Shown here: positions 25,409-32,827 of the stretch, piece after piece
Layout of the letters: each line of letters begins with the position of its first letter
Numbering within the stretch: position 1 is the stretch's first letter
NCBI GenBank assembly: GCA_050743365.1
Contig: JBOGFI010000037.1
Span: 1 to 49,570 of the forward strand
DNA length: 49,570 nucleotides
Reading direction: 5' to 3'
From: Acidimicrobiia bacterium
Lineage (GTDB): Bacteria; Actinomycetota; Acidimicrobiia; IMCC26256; JACDBD01
Made by a program: the position numbers and the translations under genes
Notes under the pieces: generated by a model
What the model was told of the DNA's origin: nothing
The model's input: the letters and a program-made list of their open reading frames with translations, nothing else
Databases searched by the model: none

Positions 25409-25870
25409 GTGAGCAGACGAGACCAGATCCGCATGACCGACGAAGAGGCGCAGGCGTTCCTCGAGGCGGGACGCGACCTCCAGGTCGCGTCGATCAACCC
25501 CGACGGCACGCCCCACCTCGTGACCATGTGGTACGCGGTGCTCGACGGCGAGCCCGCGTTCTGGACCTACGCCAAGTCGCAGAAGATCGTGAACCTCCGG
25601 CGCGACCCGCGTCTCACCGTGCTGGTGGCCACGGGCGAGCGGTACGAAGAGCTGCGTGGCGTGTCGATCGCCGGCCGGGCCGAGCTGGTCGACGACCGCG
25701 ACGCGGTGCAGCGCTATGGCGAGACCGTCTACCAGCGCTACTGGGGCCCCATCGACGACGATGCCGTGCGCGAGGGCGTGCGGGCGATGGGCGCCAAGCG
25801 TGTCGTCGTCGTCGTGAAGCCGGAGAAGATCGTGAGCTGGGACCACTCGAAGCTGGGCGGGGTCTACTAA
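25409..25870 (+). CDS. PPOX-class (probable F420-dependent) oxidoreductase
   Basis: MTDEEAQAFLEAGRDLQVASINPDGTPHLVTMWYAVLDGEPAFWTYAKSQKIVNLRRDPRLTVLV...ELRGVSIAGRAELV. Confidence 0.85.
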   Translation: MSRRDQIRMTDEEAQAFLEAGRDLQVASINPDGTPHLVTMWYAVLDGEPAFWTYAKSQKIVNLRRDPRLTVLVATGERYEELRGVSIAGRAELVDDRDAVQRYGETVYQRYWGPIDDDAVREGVRAMGAKRVVVVVKPEKIVSWDHSKLGGVY

Positions 25871-25883
25871 CCGGAGGTGCCAC

Positions 25884-26570
25884 GTGGGTGAGATGGTCGA
25901 GTTCCAGAGTAACGGCACCACCGGCCAGGGGTACCTGGCCGTTCCCGCGTCGGGATCGGGCCCGGGCGTGGTGGTGATCCAGGAGTGGTGGGGCCTGAAC
26001 CCGCAGATCAAGGAGGTCTGCGACCGTTTCGCCGAAGAGGGCTTCGTCGGGTTCGCGCCCGACCTCTACCGCGGCAAGGCGACCACCATGGAGGACGAAG
26101 CCGGCCAGATGATGATGTCGCTGAACATCGAGCAGGCGGCCAAGGACATGGCCGGCGCGGTCGACTTCCTGAAACGGCACGATGCCGTGACCGGCAGCGG
26201 CGTGGGCGTCACCGGCTTCTGCATGGGCGGCGGCCTGGCGCTGTGGCTGGCGACGCTGCGTCCCGACGATGTGAAGGCAGTCGTCCCGTACTACGGCGTC
26301 ATCCCCTGGCCCGCGGCCCAGCCCGATTATTCGAAGCTGAAGTCACCGGTGCAGGGCCACTACGCCGAGAACGACGACTTCGCGAACCCCGAGACCGTCC
26401 GCAAGCTCGAAGAAGAGCTGAAGGGCCACGGCGCCAGGGTCGAGTTCTTCGTCTACCCGGGTGTCGGGCACGCGTTCACGAACCACCACCGGCCCGAGGT
26501 CTTCCACGAGGAGCACTCGCGGGTCGCCTGGGAGCGGACGGTCGCGTTCTTTCGGGAGAACCTCCGCTGA
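25884..26570 (+). CDS. Dienelactone hydrolase family protein
   Basis: GYLAVPASGSGPGVVVIQEWWGLNPQIKEVCDRFAEEGFVGFAPDLY...VGVTGFCMGGGLAL...YPGVGHAFTN. Confidence 0.9.
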   Translation: MGEMVEFQSNGTTGQGYLAVPASGSGPGVVVIQEWWGLNPQIKEVCDRFAEEGFVGFAPDLYRGKATTMEDEAGQMMMSLNIEQAAKDMAGAVDFLKRHDAVTGSGVGVTGFCMGGGLALWLATLRPDDVKAVVPYYGVIPWPAAQPDYSKLKSPVQGHYAENDDFANPETVRKLEEELKGHGARVEFFVYPGVGHAFTNHHRPEVFHEEHSRVAWERTVAFFRENLR

Positions 26571-26577
26571 TCTTGAT

Positions 26578-27420
26578 CTAGCCGAAGCCGATCGCCTTCA
26601 GCATCGACGGCGGCATACCGTCGTCGCCCCGGGCGAGCAGGGCGGCGCGCTCCACGTTGATGGCGTCGCGGTCGCGCTCGAGCCAGGAGTCCCACGGCCC
26701 CGACGGAATCTTCGCGGGGTCGCCGTGGGCCTCGACGCACGCCCGCAGGTAGCCCCGGAGCTCGCGGATCTCGGCCTCGCCGCCGATGGGCCCGTGGCCG
26801 GGCACGATCGTGTCGGCGAGCTCGGCCACCGCGTCGAGCATCTCGGCCCACTTCGCCGGGTCGCCCTGGAACGCCAGCGGGGTAACGCCGAAGAAGCACA
26901 GGTCGCCGGCGAAGCACACGTCGGCGTCGGCAACCAGCGCCAGGAGATCGCCGTCGGTGTGTCCCGAAGCGGGGAGCACCTCGACTCGCGGCGTCAGCTG
27001 GGCGGCCGTGTCGATCTCGTGCGTGGCCGGGCGGGTCCCGAGCTCGGCCAGCTCGTCGAACTCTTCCTCGAACGCGGGCATGAACGCCTTGTAGGCGTCG
27101 AGCGGCATCGTCTGGTCGAGCAATGCGCTCGTCATCGGCGACGCGCACACCGACGCGTGCGGGAAGGCCTTCGCCCCGCCCACGTGGTCGATGTGCGCGT
27201 GCGTGAGCACGATGCGGCGGATCGGCACGCCCAGCTCCTTCACCGCCGCGGCGAACGGCTCCCATTGCGAGCGCACCATGAGCGTGTCGACGATCGTGGC
27301 GCCGTCGTCGTCGACGATGACCCCGGCGTTGCTCACCCCCGACTCGCCCCCGGGCTGGAGCCACGCGTACACGCCGTCGCCGAGCGGGTGGAGGGTCAGG
27401 GTCGGGCTCGCCGTGGCCAC
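26578..27420 (-). CDS. MBL-fold metallo-hydrolase
   Basis: IVLTHAHIDHVGGAKAF (HxHxDH), PASGHTDGDL, VPGHGP. Confidence 0.9.
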   Translation of the reverse strand: MATASPTLTLHPLGDGVYAWLQPGGESGVSNAGVIVDDDGATIVDTLMVRSQWEPFAAAVKELGVPIRRIVLTHAHIDHVGGAKAFPHASVCASPMTSALLDQTMPLDAYKAFMPAFEEEFDELAELGTRPATHEIDTAAQLTPRVEVLPASGHTDGDLLALVADADVCFAGDLCFFGVTPLAFQGDPAKWAEMLDAVAELADTIVPGHGPIGGEAEIRELRGYLRACVEAHGDPAKIPSGPWDSWLERDRDAINVERAALLARGDDGMPPSMLKAIGFG

Positions 27421-27573
27421 GGATTCGAGCCTAACCCCGCGTCGATCGGTCCCGTTCGGTGACGCGGTAGGCGCAGCGGGCGTCGCCCGAGAGCAGGTGC
27501 TGCGTGCGGTAAGTACTAGCTTGCGGAATCAGGACGGCGCCGGCGGCGCCGAGACCGTCCCGGAGGTGGCGAG

Positions 27574-29301
27574 GTGGCGGGAGAGCAGGTCCGGGCCGGG
27601 TCGGTCGGGGAGCTCCGCGCCCACGGCCGGCTCCTCGCCAAGGTGGGGAGCGTCCCGGTCGTCGTCTTCTGGCACGACGGGCGGGCGTACGCGATGGAGG
27701 ACCGCTGCCCCCACATGGGCTTCCCGCTCCACCGCGGGACCGTCGAGAGCGGCCTCGTCACCTGCCACTGGCACCACGCCCGCTTCGACCTCGAGTCGGG
27801 CTCCACGCTCGACCTCTGGGCCGACGACGCCCGCGCCTTCGCCGTCGAGCTGGCGGGTGACGACGTCCTCGTCGCGCCACAGGCCGACGGCGACGAGATC
27901 GACCGTCTCCAGCGCCGGCTGCGCGACGGCCTCGAGGAGGGGCTGACGCTCGTCGTCGCCAAGTCGGTGCTCGGCCTCCTGGAGGGGGGTGTGGCGCCGG
28001 CCGAGATCGTGCGCACCGGCGTCGAGTTCGGCGCGACCTATCGCGGCCCGGGCTGGGGTGCCGGGCTCACCGTGTTGGTGGCGATGTCGAACGTCCTCCC
28101 CCGCCTCGACCCGGCCGACCGCGCCGCCGCACTCGTCCACGCGCTGGCGTTCGTGTCGCGCGACACCCGCAATCACGCCCCCCGGTTCCCGGTTGCGCCC
28201 CTGCGCACCCGAGGCGTGCCCCCCGAGCGCCTCGCCGCCTGGTACCGCCGCTTCGTCGACACCCGCTCCACCGACGCCGCCGAGCGTGTGCTCGCCACCG
28301 CGCTGGCCGGCGACGTCGACCTCGCCGCCGTCGAGGGCATGATGCTCGCCGCCGTCACCGACCACGTCTTCGTGGACGGCGGTCACACCCTCGACTTCAC
28401 CAACAAGGCGCTCGAGGCCGTCGAGATGCTCGGGGCGGGCGCGGCGCCGCTCGTGCTTCCGACGCTGGTGCGCCAGACCGCCCACGCCAGCCGCAGCGAG
28501 GAGGGCAGCGAGTGGCGGCATCCGCACGACCTCGCCGGCCTCATCGCGCGCGCCGACGGGCGACTGCCCGAAGCGCTCGCTGCCGGTGAGCCCCGGCGAG
28601 GGAGCTTCGACGACGTCGCCGGCCTGGCGCAACGGCTCCTGGCCGACGAGCCGGGCCCGGTGGTCGACGCCGTGCTCGGCGCGCTGGAGTCGGGCTCGAC
28701 GCCGGAGCAGCTCGGCCGTGCCCTCGCGTACGCCGCCGCGCTGCGGATCACCCGCTTCCACACCCAGAACGACTTCGGCGACTGGGACTCGGTGCACCAC
28801 GCGTTCACCGCCGCCAACGCGCTCCACCATGCCCTCGAGCGGGCCCCCGGCCCCGAGCTCCTGCGGGGCGTGGTGCACGGCGCCCTGCGCGTGTACCTCG
28901 ACCGCTTCCTGAACGTGCCACCGGCCCGGCTCCCGACCGCCGAGCGCGGGAGCCTGGCCGAGCTCGCCGGGTGCTGGGAGGTCCAGGGCGAGGTCGACAC
29001 CGCCGGCAACCTCGCCTACGGGTTCCTGCGCGGCGGCGGCACGCGCGAGGAGCTGGCGGCCGCGCTGGGCCACGCGCTGCTGCACGAGGACGTGGAGTTC
29101 CACTGGTTCCAGGTGTACGAGGCCGCGATGCGGCAGGCATTCGCGTGGCCCGAAGGATCGGAGGAGGCCGCGCTGATCCTCGCGGGGCTGGCCCGCTTCC
29201 TCGCCGCGCACACGCCGACCCGCCGCGAGCTGCCGACTGTGATCCGGATCGCGACCCGCTTGCGGCGCGGCGAGCGGCTGTTCGAGGACGGGGACGCGTA
29301 G
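27574..29301 (+). CDS. Rieske [2Fe-2S] domain protein with a large uncharacterised helical C-terminal domain
   Basis: The N-terminal ~110 aa carry CPHMGFPLHRG...CHWHHARF (CxH...CxxH). The following ~460 aa are helical and have no family I can name. GTG start with GGAGG upstream. Confidence 0.85.
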   Translation: MAGEQVRAGSVGELRAHGRLLAKVGSVPVVVFWHDGRAYAMEDRCPHMGFPLHRGTVESGLVTCHWHHARFDLESGSTLDLWADDARAFAVELAGDDVLVAPQADGDEIDRLQRRLRDGLEEGLTLVVAKSVLGLLEGGVAPAEIVRTGVEFGATYRGPGWGAGLTVLVAMSNVLPRLDPADRAAALVHALAFVSRDTRNHAPRFPVAPLRTRGVPPERLAAWYRRFVDTRSTDAAERVLATALAGDVDLAAVEGMMLAAVTDHVFVDGGHTLDFTNKALEAVEMLGAGAAPLVLPTLVRQTAHASRSEEGSEWRHPHDLAGLIARADGRLPEALAAGEPRRGSFDDVAGLAQRLLADEPGPVVDAVLGALESGSTPEQLGRALAYAAALRITRFHTQNDFGDWDSVHHAFTAANALHHALERAPGPELLRGVVHGALRVYLDRFLNVPPARLPTAERGSLAELAGCWEVQGEVDTAGNLAYGFLRGGGTREELAAALGHALLHEDVEFHWFQVYEAAMRQAFAWPEGSEEAALILAGLARFLAAHTPTRRELPTVIRIATRLRRGERLFEDGDA

Positions 29302-29348
29302 CCGCCCATTTGGAGCCCGAGCCGCGGGGGCCGATACCCTCCTTGCCC

Positions 29349-30299
29349 ATGTCCGAGCGGTCCCGCAACCTGCCCCGTCGCTCGTGCCTCTCGGTCCCCG
29401 GCTCGAGCGAGAAGATGATGGGGAAGGCCCCCGGCCTCGGCGCCGACATGGTGTTCCTCGACCTCGAGGACGCGGTCGCGCCTCTCGAGAAGGAGCCGGC
29501 GCGCGACAAGGTCGTGAAGACGATCAACGACCTCGACTGGGGCGACACCGTTCTCTGCGTGCGCGTGAACGCGTGGGACACGGAGTGGACCTACCGCGAC
29601 GTGGTCGACGTGGTCGAGAACGCGTCCGAGCGGCTCGACGAGTTGATGCTGCCCAAGGTGCAGTCGGCGGCCGAGGTGCAGGCCCTCGACATGCTGCTCA
29701 CCCAGGTCGAGGCGGTCACGGGCCGCCAGAGCCGGGTCGGCATCGAGGCCCAGATCGAGACCGCGCGCGGCCTCATCAACGTCGAGGAGATCTGCGCGGC
29801 ATCCGATCGGCTCGAGACGATCGTCTTCGGGCCCGCCGACTTCGCCGCCTCCACCGAGATGCCCGTTCTCACCGGCGGCGTGCAGGTCGACGACTACCCC
29901 GGCGACCACTTCCACTACGTGTTCGCGAGGATCCTCATGGCCGGGCGCGCCAACGGGCTCCAGGTGATCGACGGCCCTTTCCTCAAGATCCGCGAGCTCG
30001 ACGCCCTGCGCGACTACTCCATGCGCACCCGGATCCTCGGCTACGACGGCAAGTGGGCCCTGCACCCCGACCAGGTGAGGGTGATCAACGAGGTGTACAC
30101 GCCCACGCAGGAGCAGTTCGACCGGGCGTGGGACATCCTCGAGGCCTACGAGCGAGCCACCACCGAGGGCGGCGCGGGCGAGCGCAAGGGCGCGGTGATG
30201 TTCGGCGACGAGATGATCGACGAGGCGAGCCGGAAGATGGCCACGAAGTTCGTGAGCCGGGGCGAGCGTGCGGGGATGAGCCGGTCGCAGGAGGGCTGA
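29349..30299 (+). CDS. HpcH/HpaI aldolase / citrate lyase beta (CitE-like) acyl-CoA lyase
   Basis: Internal ATG: MSERSRNLPRRSCLSVPGSSEKMMGKA...DMVFLDLEDAVAP...LMLPKVQSAAEV...GIEAQIETARG...FGPADFAAS...GKWALHPDQ. Confidence 0.9.
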   Translation: MSERSRNLPRRSCLSVPGSSEKMMGKAPGLGADMVFLDLEDAVAPLEKEPARDKVVKTINDLDWGDTVLCVRVNAWDTEWTYRDVVDVVENASERLDELMLPKVQSAAEVQALDMLLTQVEAVTGRQSRVGIEAQIETARGLINVEEICAASDRLETIVFGPADFAASTEMPVLTGGVQVDDYPGDHFHYVFARILMAGRANGLQVIDGPFLKIRELDALRDYSMRTRILGYDGKWALHPDQVRVINEVYTPTQEQFDRAWDILEAYERATTEGGAGERKGAVMFGDEMIDEASRKMATKFVSRGERAGMSRSQEG

Positions 30300-30306
30300 C
30301 GCCCGC

Positions 30307-31017
30307 TCACCGTCGAGTGGCGCCGCCCGGCGGCTGGTCCTCCGCCATCTCGGTCAGCTCGGCCTCGACCTCGCCGACCGTCTCGATCTCGGAACGACCG
30401 GTGTGACGTGCTCGCCACACCGAGATCGTCACCAGCGAGACCGAGATCCCGGTGAGCCACCACCGGTAGCGGCCCACGAAGTCGGTCACGTCGAGAAGCT
30501 GGTCGGAGAACAGGTCGCCGACCCAAACCACCAGCGCCATGCGAGCCGCGGTGCCGCCTAGGTTGAGTACCAGGAACGGCGCCGTCCGCATGCCCGTGGC
30601 CCCCGCGAGCACGCAGACGAGGTTGTTGGGCGCGACCGCGACGATCGGGTGAGAGGCCTTGCGGAACCAGCGCTCGGCCGTCTGCACTGTGCGCGGCGAG
30701 CCCGACTTGCGCTCGATCCAGCGGATCCCGACGTCTCCGTAGCGGCGCCCGAACGCGAAGAACACCGGGTCGGTGAGCACGAGCCGCACGAGACCGACGA
30801 CGAAGAACGGGACCACGTCGACGAGCGGGGCGGTCAGGACCAGGTACCGCGTGCGGGGGATCATCGCCACGAGGAGCAGTGGATGCTCGACGAGCAACGT
30901 GGGCGCGAGTGCGTCGCCCACCTGCGCGACCGCGGTCACGGCGACCATCGGGACCACCAGCAGCGTCAGGCTGGCACGGGAAGAGGGCCGGCTCGTCTCG
31001 ATTCCGGCGTCGCCCAT
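30307..31017 (-). CDS. DedA / VTT-domain family membrane protein
   Basis: Internal ATG: MGDAGIETSRPSS...PVFFAFGRRYGDVGIRWIERK...ASHPIVAVAPNNLVCVLAGATGM. The upstream tracked codons are a shadow frame. Confidence 0.8.
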   Translation of the reverse strand: MGDAGIETSRPSSRASLTLLVVPMVAVTAVAQVGDALAPTLLVEHPLLLVAMIPRTRYLVLTAPLVDVVPFFVVGLVRLVLTDPVFFAFGRRYGDVGIRWIERKSGSPRTVQTAERWFRKASHPIVAVAPNNLVCVLAGATGMRTAPFLVLNLGGTAARMALVVWVGDLFSDQLLDVTDFVGRYRWWLTGISVSLVTISVWRARHTGRSEIETVGEVEAELTEMAEDQPPGGATRR

Positions 31018-31048
31018 CCGCTCAATCCTCTCAGGCGCCGGAGCGGCG

Positions 31049-31612
31049 ATGAACGCGGCGGGCGGTACCCTCGCCGTCGTGGAGGTCGGGCTGCTCGTTC
31101 TGGCTGCCGCGACGGCCGCGTTTCTCGCCTGGCGCCTGCGGCGCCGGCACCGGGGCGTGCCGCTCGGGTGGCAGACGGCGCAGAGCAGCGCCGCCGACCT
31201 CCACCGCCGGCTCCACCGCTGCATCGACGAGACCCGGCGGGCGGTCGCCCGCGCCGGGGGACGGGGCGCACCCGTCGACCGGCTGACGTCGCTCACCGAG
31301 GATCTCGAAACCCAGGCGCGGGCGATCGACGCGCAGCTCGTGGCGGCGTCGCGTCTGCCGTCGGCGCCACGGCATCGGGCGCTCCAGGACCTCCGCTACC
31401 GCGTGATCGAGGTCGAGAAGCTGGCGCGGAGGGTGGACGCGGTCGCGGCCGATCTCACCGGCCCGGTGCTCGGCGCCGCTGACGCCGGCCTTCGCGACCT
31501 CCGTGAGCGACTCGACGCGCTCGACGAGGCCCGGCGCGAGGCCCACGAGCTCGGTGGCGGGAGCGACGCGACCGGTCCACGCGGCGACGAGCACCCCGGC
31601 ACCACCGGTTGA
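31049..31612 (+). CDS. Hypothetical membrane-anchored helical protein
   Basis: ATG at 31049: MNAAGGTLAVVEVGLLVLAAATAAFLAW (one TM), then helical R/A/L/D-rich sequence with good GC3. No family recognised. Confidence 0.5.
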   Translation: MNAAGGTLAVVEVGLLVLAAATAAFLAWRLRRRHRGVPLGWQTAQSSAADLHRRLHRCIDETRRAVARAGGRGAPVDRLTSLTEDLETQARAIDAQLVAASRLPSAPRHRALQDLRYRVIEVEKLARRVDAVAADLTGPVLGAADAGLRDLRERLDALDEARREAHELGGGSDATGPRGDEHPGTTG

Positions 31613-31682
31613 GCGGCCTCGCGGTTGGGTCGGCCGTCCGTCTGGTCTTCGGAGTGGAGCCGCACCGGTACGCTGGCCGCTC

Positions 31683-32402
31683 GTGGCGCCCTCGGCAGTC
31701 GTCGACAACGCCGTCTCCTTCCGCCGGCCGGGCCTCGGACTGCTCGCGCTCGAGGCGCCCCGCGCCGTCGCCGAGCTGGGCGCGTTCGGCGCCGCCCTGC
31801 CGCTGCTGCGGCTCGCGCCCCGCGGTTACGGCCACCCGGTGGTGGTGCTTCCCGGCTTCATGGCCTCCGACCGCTCCACCCGGCCGCTGCGGTGGTTCCT
31901 CCGGGACCGTGGCTACCACGTGCACGGGTGGAGGCTGGGCGCCAACCTCGGCCCGACCGACCACATCATCGAAGGCCTCGACGCACGTCTGACCCGGCTG
32001 CGCGAGGTCCACGGCGGGCACAAGCTGAGCCTGATCGGCTGGAGTCTGGGCGGGATCTACGCCCGCGAGATCGCCCGGGCGAACCCCGACGGCATCCGTC
32101 AGGTGATCACCCTCGGGAGCCCGTTCCGGCTCACCGACGGGGACGGGAGCCATGCCTCCGGCCGCGAGCCACCGCCGCTGCGCGTCCCGTCGACCGCCAT
32201 CTACAGCCGCACCGACGGGATCGCGGCGGGGGAGTCGTGCCACGATGGCCACGGCGAGCTCCGCGAGTGCGTCGAGGTGATCGGCAGCCACTGCGGCCTC
32301 GGGCACCACCCGGCCGTGCTGCTGGTGATCGCCGACCGGCTCGCCCAGCCCGACGGCGCGTGGCGGCCGTTCTCGCTCCGCCGTCTCCTCGCTCGGCGCT
32401 AG
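31683..32402 (+). CDS. Alpha/beta hydrolase family protein
   Basis: HPVVVLPGFMASDRSTRPLRWFLRDRGYHVHGW...LSLIGWSLGGIYAREIA (GxSxG)...VITLGSPF. The GTG at 31683 was chosen and the start is uncertain. The TAG stop is the first triplet of repeat copy B. Confidence 0.75.
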   Translation: MAPSAVVDNAVSFRRPGLGLLALEAPRAVAELGAFGAALPLLRLAPRGYGHPVVVLPGFMASDRSTRPLRWFLRDRGYHVHGWRLGANLGPTDHIIEGLDARLTRLREVHGGHKLSLIGWSLGGIYAREIARANPDGIRQVITLGSPFRLTDGDGSHASGREPPPLRVPSTAIYSRTDGIAAGESCHDGHGELRECVEVIGSHCGLGHHPAVLLVIADRLAQPDGAWRPFSLRRLLARR

Positions 32403-32456
32403 GAAGGCCTGCCAGCCCGATGCTGGCCGCCAGGGGAGCGCGACCAGGAATGAGGG
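32400..32456 (+). repeat. Interspersed intergenic repeat, copy B
   Basis: Sequence is taggaaggcctgccag-cccgatg-ctggccgccagg...gagcgcgaccaggaatgaggg. It has the same ends as copy A, the same GCCAG-N7-CTGGC hairpin with a different loop, and an internal deletion relative to A. Confidence 0.8.
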
Positions 32457-32476
32457 ACCTGATCAGAGCAGATCAG

Positions 32477-32492
32477 ACGAGCGCGGGCTCGT
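32477..32492 (-). terminator. Short GC hairpin 3 nt after the stop of the 86-codon ORF
   Basis: Minus strand reads ACGAGC-ccgc-GCUCGU (6 bp, 4-nt loop), followed by a CUGAUCUGCUCUGAUC tail that is U-rich for this genome. Confidence 0.4.
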
Positions 32493-32494
32493 GC

Positions 32495-32755
32495 TCACGA
32501 CGGTGTGACCTGCGCTGCCATGGCGTAGAGGAGCTCCCGCTCGCTCTCCTCGGCAGCCCGAAGGAGCAGCAGCGCATGGGCGTCGATGTGCTGAAGGATC
32601 GCGTCCGAAGCGAGTGAACGCAGCAGCTCTGGCGGGATCGCATCGACTTCGACAGATTCGCCCTTGAAGCGCTTCGCTCGGGCGTCGGTGCGCTTGGTCG
32701 GTGGCCACGCTTCCCCCGTTCGGCTCGGCGCGATCGGGGGAAGAAGAGGAAGCAC
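32495..32755 (-). CDS. Small hypothetical protein (86 aa), probably leaderless and LexA-controlled
   Basis: The GTG at 32755 lies 5 nt after the TAGGGT -10 element. Translation is VLPLLPPIAPSRTGEAWPPTKRTDARAKRFKGESVEVDAIPPELLRSLASDAILQHIDAHALLLLRAAEESERELLYAMAAQVTPS. 22 of 86 codons end in A/T, which is unusual here. Confidence 0.5.
   Translation of the reverse strand: MLPLLPPIAPSRTGEAWPPTKRTDARAKRFKGESVEVDAIPPELLRSLASDAILQHIDAHALLLLRAAEESERELLYAMAAQVTPS
32710..32743 (-). other. Conserved hairpin of SOS module 1
   Basis: Minus strand reads CUUCCCCCG-16 nt-CGGGGGAAG (9 bp), followed by CGUG. It shares the 12-mer GGGGGAAGCGTG with module 2 at 41670..41681. Confidence 0.5.
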
Positions 32756-32760
32756 TCGCT

Positions 32761-32789
32761 ACCCTAGCGAACGTACGTTCGGCTGTCAA
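32761..32789 (-). promoter_or_regulatory. Near-consensus promoter: TTGACA, 17-nt spacer, TAGGGT
   Basis: Minus strand reads TTGACA (32789..32784), gccgaacgtacgttcgc, TAGGGT (32766..32761). The spacing is exactly 17 nt. Confidence 0.7.
32768..32781. promoter_or_regulatory. LexA (SOS) box, perfect palindrome CGAAC-GTAC-GTTCG
   Basis: cgaacgtacgttcg is a perfect 14-bp palindrome. It matches the Gram-positive/actinobacterial GAAC-N4-GTTC consensus and lies inside the promoter spacer. Confidence 0.75.
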
Positions 32790-32827
32790 GCGATGGGAGC
32801 GGCTTCACGACAGAGATCCTGATCAGA

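Noticed and set aside
32463-32789. 108-codon ORF overlapping the SOS mini-gene in another frame
   Set aside because: Its TTG start is the TTG of the TTGACA -35 hexamer, upstream of any transcript from that promoter. The product is S/R/A-rich low complexity.
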